Assembly: GCA_036509895.1 (NCBI GenBank)
Contig: DATCEV010000030.1
Coordinates: forward strand, 27,220-91,219
Length of the DNA: 64,000 nt
Source of the DNA: Verrucomicrobiia bacterium
GTDB lineage: Bacteria > Verrucomicrobiota > Verrucomicrobiia > Limisphaerales > UBA11358
Direction: 5' to 3'
Shown here: positions 38,246-45,306 of the stretch, one piece after another
Numbering within the stretch: position 1 is the first letter of the stretch
Layout of the letters: the number at the start of each line of letters is the position of its first letter
Made by a program: the position numbers and the translations under genes
Notes under the pieces: generated by a model
Database searches by the model: none
What the model was told of the DNA's origin: nothing
What the model saw: the letters and a program-made list of their open reading frames with translations, nothing else

Positions 38246-40476
38246 CGCAGCCGCATCAATCTTCGATCAAAAGCAAACTGATGACGGTCATCATGCTGGC
38301 CAGCATCACGGTGCTGTTGATGACGGTGGTGGCCTTCATGTTCTATGATTTGGTGACGTTCCGGCAAAACATGGAGCGCAATCTTAGCACCGAGGCGCGG
38401 ATAATCGCCGAGAACAGCACGGCGTCTCTGGCCTTCAAAAATGAAAATGATGCCGCGAGCATTCTCGCTTCGTTGCGGAACGAACCGCACATCATCGCCG
38501 CCGCCATTTATGACGCGCAGGGAAATCTTTTTGTGAAATATCCCGCGCACCTTTCCGCCGCCGCTTTGCCGCGCAAACCGCAAAATCCTGGTTATGAATT
38601 TCAAAAATCGCATCTGACTATTTTTGAGCCGGTCATCCAGGCCGGCGTGCCGCTGGGCACAATTTTCCTGCGTTCCGATTTGACGGCGCTGGCGCAGCGG
38701 CTCGAACTTTACGGCGCCATTTCTTTGCTCATCATGCTCGGTTCGCTGCTGGTCGCCTTCTGGCTTTCAAACACATTGCAACGGCGCATTTCCGATCCCA
38801 TCATTGTTCTGGCGGAAACTGCGAGAAAAATTTCCGAGCAACGGGATTATTCCCTGCGCGCGCCCAAATTGAGCGATGACGAACTGGGTTTGCTCACCGA
38901 TTCTTTCAACGAAATGCTCGAACGCATCCAGGCCAGCGACCAGGCTTTGCGCGCAAGCGAGGCGCAATTTCGTCTCGTGACCGATCAGGCGCCTGTTTTG
39001 CTGGCGCACATGGATCGAAATTATCACTACAAATTTGTCAACCAGACTTACGCCGAACGTTACGGTCTTAAACCTGAAAACATCGTCGGCAAACACGCTG
39101 CGGAAGTCGTCGGGTTGGAATTGTTCGAGCGGGCGCGTCCTTACATAGACAAAGCGCTCGCGGGATTCCAAATCCAATTTGAACTTGAAGTTCCCGATGC
39201 CCATCGTGAACGCCGCTGGAATCATGTGGAATACACGCCGGAAAAAAATTCCGAGGGCGAAGTCGTCGGTTTCGTGGCCGTGCATACGGACATCACCGCG
39301 CGCAAACGCACGGAATTGGAAATGGAACGCACCCGCGATCAAGCGCTCGCCGCTTCCCGCGCCAAAGACGATTTTCTCGCCGCGCTCTCGCACGAATTGC
39401 GCACACCGCTCAATCCCGTGCTGCTGGTCGCCAGCGATGCCGCCGAAGATCCGCAATTGCCCGCGCCAACGCGCGCAAATTTTGAAATGATCCGCCGCAA
39501 CGTAGAATTGGAAGCGCGGCTGATTGACGATTTGCTCGACCTGACCCGGATCACGCGCGGAAAATTGTCGCTCGAAAAACGTTCGCTCGATGTCCGGGAA
39601 GTTCTGCGCGAAGCCATCGCCACCGTGCGCGCCGACGCCGAAAAAAAACGAATCGTCCTGACGCAGGATGGCATGGACAAAGAATGTCTCATGGCCGGCG
39701 ACAGCGTGCGCCTCCAGCAAATTTTTTGGAACGTGTTGAAGAATGCCGTAAAATTCACGCCCGAAGGCGGCAAAATCTCCGTCGAAACGCGTGCGTCGGA
39801 AAACGGAAAAATCATCGTCCAAGTCACGGACACCGGCATCGGTTTGACGGCGGAAGAAATCAGCCACGTTTTCGACACGTTTGCGCAAGGCGATCACGCC
39901 GATCCCAACGGCTCGCATCGTTTTGGCGGACTCGGTTTGGGCCTGGCGATTTCGCGAATGCTCGTGGAACTTCATGCCGGCGTCATTCGCGCGGCCAGCG
40001 CCGGACGTGACCGGGGAGCAACCTTCACGATTGAATTGCCCTGCCTGCCAACAGCGGAAAAAAATAATCTTGCGTCATCCGTGCCGGAAAAAACCGGCGC
40101 CACCATTTCTCAAAAAAAGAATTTTGGCCTGCGCATTCTTTTGATTGAAGACCATGAACCGACTCGCACCACGCTGGCGCATTTGTTGACGCGCCGAAAT
40201 TACAAAGTTAAAACCGCGAATTCGGTCGCCGATGCCCGCGCCATTGCCCAAAAGGAAACTTTCGATCTGGTGGTCTCGGACATTGGATTGCCCGATGGCA
40301 ACGGCTATGAGTTGATGGCCGAATTAAGAGATCAATTCCACCTCAAAGGAATCGCGTTGACCGGTTACGGAATGGATCGCGATGTGGCGGCCGCCCAAAG
40401 CGCCGGTTTCGTCGCGCATCTCACAAAACCAATTCGCGTTGAGTCGTTGGAAAAAGCCTTGCTCGATGCGACTTGA
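38242..40476 (+). CDS. hybrid sensor histidine kinase: periplasmic CHASE8-like - HAMP - PAS - HisKA - HATPase_c - REC
   Basis: TM; AENSTASLAFKNENDAASILASLRNEPHIIAAAIYDAQGNLF (CHASE8-like, from memory); TM; HAMP; PAS; LSHELRTPLNPV; NVLKNAVKFT, DTGIGL, GLGLGLAISR; REC ILLIEDH...VVSDIGLPDGNG...KP. Confidence 0.85.
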   Translation: MTQPHQSSIKSKLMTVIMLASITVLLMTVVAFMFYDLVTFRQNMERNLSTEARIIAENSTASLAFKNENDAASILASLRNEPHIIAAAIYDAQGNLFVKYPAHLSAAALPRKPQNPGYEFQKSHLTIFEPVIQAGVPLGTIFLRSDLTALAQRLELYGAISLLIMLGSLLVAFWLSNTLQRRISDPIIVLAETARKISEQRDYSLRAPKLSDDELGLLTDSFNEMLERIQASDQALRASEAQFRLVTDQAPVLLAHMDRNYHYKFVNQTYAERYGLKPENIVGKHAAEVVGLELFERARPYIDKALAGFQIQFELEVPDAHRERRWNHVEYTPEKNSEGEVVGFVAVHTDITARKRTELEMERTRDQALAASRAKDDFLAALSHELRTPLNPVLLVASDAAEDPQLPAPTRANFEMIRRNVELEARLIDDLLDLTRITRGKLSLEKRSLDVREVLREAIATVRADAEKKRIVLTQDGMDKECLMAGDSVRLQQIFWNVLKNAVKFTPEGGKISVETRASENGKIIVQVTDTGIGLTAEEISHVFDTFAQGDHADPNGSHRFGGLGLGLAISRMLVELHAGVIRAASAGRDRGATFTIELPCLPTAEKNNLASSVPEKTGATISQKKNFGLRILLIEDHEPTRTTLAHLLTRRNYKVKTANSVADARAIAQKETFDLVVSDIGLPDGNGYELMAELRDQFHLKGIALTGYGMDRDVAAAQSAGFVAHLTKPIRVESLEKALLDAT

Positions 40477-40492
40477 AATTAGTTGCAAAAAA

Positions 40493-40518
40493 GCGCGCCT
40501 GATTCTATTCAGGCGCGC
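40493..40518. terminator. bidirectional intrinsic terminator hairpin
   Basis: aaaaaaGCGCGCCTGAttctatTCAGGCGCGCttt between a convergent kinase (+) and lipoprotein (-) gene. The U-tract is strongest on the minus strand. Confidence 0.8.
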
Positions 40519-40535
40519 TTTGGATTGCCGGATTC

Positions 40536-41207
40536 CTACTGGCTCATTTTATCGGCAAGCCAATCCCATGCTTGTTGAAGCGAATTCTTCACATCATCAT
40601 AGGATTGTTGGAATCCAGCTTTAGCATCATCCCACTGGTCCTCCGAGGCGTTCTTTACACTGGCAAGTTTTTGATCGAGATCGGCGCGTTTGTCGCGTAA
40701 ATCCTGAATTTTAGTTTGCGCATCGGCTTTCACCGACTCACTCGCATTGGCGGCCTTATCGGACAACTCAGTGATCTTCTGATCCATCGCGCTCAAATCA
40801 GACTGCGCCTGCGCCACAAACGCATCCTTCTGGGCATAAGTATAATTTGAATAATCATTGGTTCCGAACTCGTTGGTCGAACCATTGGATTCAAAAGTAT
40901 TTTTAACATCGCCCCAGGCATTCGTCGTGACGTTTTTTGTTTTCTCCCAGGCGTTTGAGGTTCCTTCTTTCACGCCGCCCCACGCGCTGACGCTGGCGTT
41001 TGAAGTATTTTGCCATGCATTCGTGACTCCTTCCGCCGCGTTTTCCATTTGCTGCGTTGAACCCATTTCATTGGTTTGAAATCCGTAGGCATTCGTTTCG
41101 GCGGAATTTGTTTCGGTAGAATATTCCGACGATGGTTCGTTTTTGTTGCAACCGGCCGCCACGGCGGCAATGGCCAGAACTGCGATTAATACATTTTGAT
41201 TTTTCAT
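40536..41207 (-). CDS. lipoprotein with NAW repeats and coiled-coil C-terminus (function unknown)
   Basis: Lipobox AVAAGC; four TNAW/SNAW/SAWG repeats (VTNAWQNT, VSAWGGV, TSNAWEKT, TTNAWGDV); helical C-terminal half. Confidence 0.6.
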   Translation of the reverse strand: MKNQNVLIAVLAIAAVAAGCNKNEPSSEYSTETNSAETNAYGFQTNEMGSTQQMENAAEGVTNAWQNTSNASVSAWGGVKEGTSNAWEKTKNVTTNAWGDVKNTFESNGSTNEFGTNDYSNYTYAQKDAFVAQAQSDLSAMDQKITELSDKAANASESVKADAQTKIQDLRDKRADLDQKLASVKNASEDQWDDAKAGFQQSYDDVKNSLQQAWDWLADKMSQ

Positions 41208-41248
41208 GTTGTTATTGTCTAATTGTGACGGTTGTTTGCCGTAAATTT

Positions 41249-41428
41249 TTAATCGCGCTTGCGACCGGAACCTTTTTTCTTGCCGCCGCCAGTCTGTTTA
41301 TTGACCGTCGCCCAAGCGCGCTTCTCGGAAGTTTTGGCGCTGACGCCGCGCTTCTCGTAACTTTTTTCAATATGCCCGGCCATCCGCTTTTGCTTTCCGG
41401 TATAACTTGATTTATCACCTTGAGGCAT
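41249..41428 (-). CDS. 59-aa basic protein (conserved small stress-type protein, unnamed)
   Basis: Below the track cutoff. My translation is MPQGDKSSYTGKQKRMAGHIEKSYEKRGVSAKTSEKRAWATVNKQTGGGKKKGSGRKRD. It replaces the implausible overlapping track ORF 41212..41418. The family resemblance (MPxGDKSxYTxKQKR...RAWATVNK) is from memory. Confidence 0.5.
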   Translation of the reverse strand: MPQGDKSSYTGKQKRMAGHIEKSYEKRGVSAKTSEKRAWATVNKQTGGGKKKGSGRKRD

Positions 41429-41851
41429 AAATTTTCATTTAATAAATCTGTCGCAACGCAAGACTCTCTTGCAAAATCAATGCCATCGCGCTTCCCGCAT
41501 CTGAAACCACCCGTTTCTCAAATTTTCAGCGAAAATAAAAAACCAGCAAATGCACAATGCGAGGTCTTGGGCACATATAAATTGCAAATCGCAATTGCAT
41601 TCCATTAAAAAAGCAGCGTAAAATTCTGAAGCTTCTTCAGAAAATTCCTTATGCCAGATTTAAATCTAAAAAACGGACCTCGTGATTTTTTAAAACAAAC
41701 TTTGCTTTTCAAAACCGCCTTGAATTGCAAAAGGCATTTTGAATTTTAGTTTCGGTTTGCAAAATGCTGAATCGAAAATGCCTCCGTGAAATCATGAGCT
41801 TTTTTTCTTCAAATTTTCGAGCAATATTGATTTTTATAAATCGCAATTTTC

Positions 41852-41866
41852 TGGCACGCCGCAAGC
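41852..41866 (+). promoter_or_regulatory. candidate sigma-54 promoter TGGCACgccgcAAGC
   Basis: Correct GG-N10-GC spacing, intergenic, about 110 nt upstream of ORF 41975. The -12 element is weaker (AAGC instead of TTGC). Confidence 0.35.
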
Positions 41867-42120
41867 TAAAATCATTTCAAGAACCGAGGCCGTTGCAAAA
41901 AAGTCCCTAAGTGACTGGACATTGGAAAACAAATGGCAGACAAATTTGCAACCCCTCGTTTCCCATAAACAAAAATGATTATGGCCAAACTAAACAAACC
42001 TGATACCTGGACGGAAGCGGTTTTTGGAAAATTCCAGACCGCCAGTTATTGGGCGCAACGTTTGCAGGAAAAAATTCCCGCATTGCCGGAAAGCCAAAAT
42101 CCCGTCAACGAATACGAAAT

Positions 42121-42408
42121 ATGGAAAAATGCATTACTTGTGGAAACATTCATGAAAAATCCTTCCAGGTGATCTTGGATGGAAAAACTTATACTTTCGA
42201 TTCGTTTGATTGCGCCATTCAAGCGCTCGCTGCCGTGTGTCCGCATTGCCACAGCAAAATCATTGGCCTTGGCCTCAAGGAAAATAATAAAATTTATTGT
42301 TCAGCCCAATGTGCGACGTTTGAGCGGCGATTGGAAAAATTGCTGCGAGGCGGATTTAACCCATTCCACACTCCGCTTAAAAATGAACGGGCCGCTGCCA
42401 CAGCTTAA
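42121..42408 (+). CDS. Cys-rich putative metal-binding protein
   Basis: MEKCITCGN...FDSFDCAIQALAAVCPHCHSKIIGLGLKENNKIYCSAQCA has a CxxC...C...CxxC...CxxxC pattern. Start chosen at the internal Met of track ORF 42049..42408. Confidence 0.45.
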   Translation: MEKCITCGNIHEKSFQVILDGKTYTFDSFDCAIQALAAVCPHCHSKIIGLGLKENNKIYCSAQCATFERRLEKLLRGGFNPFHTPLKNERAAATA

Positions 42409-42506
42409 CGTGACGGCCCTTTCGTTAATTTTTTCCCGCTTCATTCGGCGCGGAATTTTTTTTGACAGCGCTAGGAGAAATCCGGTGAGCGTGTTAAAAT
42501 AATTTT

Positions 42507-43553
42507 ATGTATAACGTCAAAGCTTTCGCCGCCGCATCCCAAACATCTTCGCTTGCTCCCTTTAATTTTCAGCGCCGCGATCTCGGCCCGAAAGATGTCC
42601 AAATCCAAATTCTATTTTGCGGTGTCTGTCATACCGATGTCCATATCGTGCGCAACGAGTGGCACGGCACGACTTATCCATGCGTGCCCGGCCATGAAAT
42701 CGTCGGGCGCGTCATAAAAGTCGGTGGGCAAGTAAAAAAATTCAAGGAAGGCGATGCCGTTGGCGTTGGTTGCATGGTGGATTCCTGCCGCGCGTGCGAA
42801 AATTGCCGCGACGGTTTGGAACAATTTTGTTCCGAAGGCGCGACCTTCACTTACAATGCGCCGGATAAAAAAAGCGGCGGCATGACTTACGGCGGTTATT
42901 CCGAGAGTGTGGTCGTGGACGAAGCGTTTGTGCTGCGCGTGCCGGAAAATCTGGATTTGGCCGCCGCCGCGCCGTTGCTTTGCGCCGGCATCACGACCTA
43001 CTCGCCGCTGCGCCACAATAAAATTGGCAAAGGCCATAAAACAGGCATCGTGGGACTCGGCGGTCTGGGTCACATGGGCGTAAAATTGGCCAAAGCTTTT
43101 GGCGCGCGGGTCGTGGTCTTTACAACTTCACCCGGCAAAGTTAAAGATGCCTTGCGACTTGGCGCCGACGAAGTGGTCATTTCAAAAAATGAAGAAGAGA
43201 TGAAAAAACATCTCAATACTTTTCATTTTATTTTGGATACGGTAGCCGCCAAACATGACATCAATCCCTACTTTGGCTTGTTGAAACGCGACGGCACACT
43301 TACTCAAGTTGGCGCGCCGCCCGACCCGTTGGAAGTGGATGTGAGCAATCTCATTTTTGGCCGGCGGAATTTCACCGGGTCGCTGATTGGCGGCATCAAG
43401 GAAACGCAGGAAATGCTCGATTTTTGCGGCAAGCATAAGATCACTTCCGACATCGAACTTACTCCGATCCAAAAAATCAATGAAGCCTATGATCGGATTG
43501 TGAAGAATGACGTTAAGTATCGTTTCGTCATTGACATGGCATCGTTGAAATAA
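42507..43553 (+). CDS. zinc-dependent NAD(P) alcohol dehydrogenase (cinnamyl-alcohol dehydrogenase / YahK-like)
   Basis: CGVCHTDVH, GHEIVGRV, structural-zinc cysteines CRACENCRDGLEQFC, GLGGLGHMGVK Rossmann fold. Confidence 0.9.
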   Translation: MYNVKAFAAASQTSSLAPFNFQRRDLGPKDVQIQILFCGVCHTDVHIVRNEWHGTTYPCVPGHEIVGRVIKVGGQVKKFKEGDAVGVGCMVDSCRACENCRDGLEQFCSEGATFTYNAPDKKSGGMTYGGYSESVVVDEAFVLRVPENLDLAAAAPLLCAGITTYSPLRHNKIGKGHKTGIVGLGGLGHMGVKLAKAFGARVVVFTTSPGKVKDALRLGADEVVISKNEEEMKKHLNTFHFILDTVAAKHDINPYFGLLKRDGTLTQVGAPPDPLEVDVSNLIFGRRNFTGSLIGGIKETQEMLDFCGKHKITSDIELTPIQKINEAYDRIVKNDVKYRFVIDMASLK

Positions 43554-43564
43554 AAGGTGGAATC

Positions 43565-44464
43565 CTAAATTCCGATCAACGCCGCGCCGAGAACTCCGGC
43601 GGAATCGCCCAGCCGGTTTTTTACGATAGGTGTTTCAAGCCGGTCATTCAAAACAAATTTTGCGACTTCGGCAATGCCTTCAGAATAAAGCGCCGCGAAA
43701 TTTGACACGCCGCCGCCCAGAACAATGGCGTCCGGGTCGAGAATATTTATGAGATTTGCCAGCGCGCGGCCAAGGTTGCGGAAGAAAATTTTAACAAATT
43801 CCACGGCGTTTGGGTCGCCGCGATAAAAATCATTTTCGATTTCCTTGAACGATTTTTTTATGCCGAACTGTTCGGTGTAACGCGCCTGCAATCCGCCGCC
43901 GCTGATGTAAGTTTCCACGCAGCCGCGCCGGCCACAAAAACAAAGTGGCCCTTCGGGATTGATGGACATGTGTCCCCATTCGCCGGCGATGCCCTGCGCG
44001 CCGGTGATGACTTCGCCGTGATGGACGATGCCGCCGCCGCAGCCCGTGCCCATGATGACGCCAAAAACCAGTTTTTTGCCCGCGCCCGCGCCGTGCAGCG
44101 CCTCGGCCATGGCAAAACAATTCGCGTCATTTTGAATTTCGATTTTTCGGCCCAGGATTTTTTCCAGGTCCGCTTTGAGCGGCTGGCCGTTCATGCAGAC
44201 GGTGTTGGAATTTTTCAGAAGGCCGGTGCGCGGAGAAATGGTTCCGGGCGTGCCGATGCCAAAAGTGTGCGACGAGCCGGAACAGTTTGCGGCAAGCTCA
44301 TCATGCAGCGACTTGATGCGGTTGAGAATGTGAAGGTAACCGGACGCCGACTGGGTCTCAATGCGTTTGCGAACAAGTTCGCGGCCGGTCGCGGCGAGAA
44401 CAATGCCTTCAATCTTCGTGCCGCCGAGGTCTATGCCAATGCGAAACATTTGAGGATAGAACAA
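43565..44464 (-). CDS. ROK family sugar kinase (fructokinase/GlcNAc kinase-like)
   Basis: IGIDLGGTKIEG, GTGCGGGIV, zinc motif GEWGH...CFCGRRGCVE. Confidence 0.85.
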   Translation of the reverse strand: MFYPQMFRIGIDLGGTKIEGIVLAATGRELVRKRIETQSASGYLHILNRIKSLHDELAANCSGSSHTFGIGTPGTISPRTGLLKNSNTVCMNGQPLKADLEKILGRKIEIQNDANCFAMAEALHGAGAGKKLVFGVIMGTGCGGGIVHHGEVITGAQGIAGEWGHMSINPEGPLCFCGRRGCVETYISGGGLQARYTEQFGIKKSFKEIENDFYRGDPNAVEFVKIFFRNLGRALANLINILDPDAIVLGGGVSNFAALYSEGIAEVAKFVLNDRLETPIVKNRLGDSAGVLGAALIGI

Positions 44465-44495
44465 AATCCAAATTCCAAGGCTGAAAAGAAGATTT

Positions 44496-44732
44496 TCAAA
44501 CTGCTGAAATTTTTTTCCGGACCAAAACCGCCTTGTTTTTTTTCAGGAATTTTTCCACGGTTGACTTGGAGCTGACTGAATTGGGAATCCGCACTGCCTC
44601 CGGTTTGGCGAGTTTGTAATGCACGAGCAATTTGCCGACCAGTCCCACTTCCAGGTTCAATTCCGCCATGCGCCATATCTGGCCGGTTTCAAGCGGTCGC
44701 GACCGGGGAACACGCACGGGCTTTTTTATCAT
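44496..44732 (-). CDS. hypothetical protein
   Basis: ORF only. I prefer the start at MIKKPVRV to avoid a 32-nt overlap with the upstream gene. No motif recognised. Confidence 0.3.
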   Translation of the reverse strand: MIKKPVRVPRSRPLETGQIWRMAELNLEVGLVGKLLVHYKLAKPEAVRIPNSVSSKSTVEKFLKKNKAVLVRKKISAV

Positions 44733-44772
44733 GCCCCAGCTTGCCAGTTGTCTTGGATTAAACCAGCAAAAT

Positions 44773-45231
44773 CTATTGACGACTTTCCTGGGAGCCTTTT
44801 TCAATCAGGCGCTTGGTCAGGAAAACCAGTCCGCCCATCTGCACCCATTCGGAAACAATGTTGCCGACGACTTGCCCCCACTTGCTGTTGGCGTCCATTT
44901 TCCAAAAAAGAACCGCCCAGCCGACGCCGGTCACGCCGATGAAAATCAACAGCGAATGCCGCCAAAGAAAATCCAGGAGCGGATTTTTCATCCGTCCTCT
45001 GACGCGGCGGCTTTCGGCGGATTGCGATTCCAGCAAAAATTTTGTGCCCAGAATGATGACGACCGACCCGCTCCAGTCGGCGATCGCATTGCCAAAGAAT
45101 GAGCCGAGGTGCGTGCTGGGATCAGAGTAACAGTAAAGAATAATCCAAAGTGTGAGCAGGGCGATGCTGGCAATGCTCAAGGAGTGCTTGTGAAAAAAAC
45201 TGCGCCGCTCGTGCTTTTTTATTTCAGCCAT
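44773..45231 (-). CDS. membrane protein, DUF6766-like
   Basis: Three to four TM helices; C-terminal NIVSEWVQMGGLVFLTKRLIEKGSQESR resembles the NW.SEFLQ...QRGS.ES tail that I associate with DUF6766. Confidence 0.5.
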   Translation of the reverse strand: MAEIKKHERRSFFHKHSLSIASIALLTLWIILYCYSDPSTHLGSFFGNAIADWSGSVVIILGTKFLLESQSAESRRVRGRMKNPLLDFLWRHSLLIFIGVTGVGWAVLFWKMDANSKWGQVVGNIVSEWVQMGGLVFLTKRLIEKGSQESRQ

Positions 45232-45306
45232 GCCAAAGAATTTGCCCGCAGATTCTGTTTTGGCAAGCGCGCGGAAAATTTCCGCGCTTGGGAAACCCGC
45301 ATCCGT

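Noticed and set aside
38767-39975. Long antisense ORFs throughout. Examples: 38767..39975(-) 402 aa, 51991..53175(+) 394 aa, 16915..18015(-) 366 aa, 1203..2111(-), 46570..47442(+), 12177..12962(+), 4262..4993(+), 5791..6531(+)
   Set aside because: Each lies opposite a gene with strong family motifs. Their products are R/A/G/F-rich with no motifs, the typical stop-poor antisense frames of GC-rich DNA.
41212-41418. 68-aa track ORF on the minus strand
   Set aside because: Another frame on the same strand (41249..41428) gives a far more protein-like, family-like 59-aa product.
40536-43560. Lower-GC block 40.5-43.6 kb as a genomic island
   Set aside because: No integrase, tRNA, direct repeats or mobility genes. 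The content (lipoprotein, small proteins, alcohol dehydrogenase) and the gradual composition change are compatible with ordinary secreted or AT-rich regulatory DNA.
45271-45297. Hairpin CAAGCGCG(CG)G-aaaattt-CCGCGCTTG downstream of aceE
   Set aside because: The stem is bulged and there is no U-tract on the minus strand, so I do not call it an intrinsic terminator.
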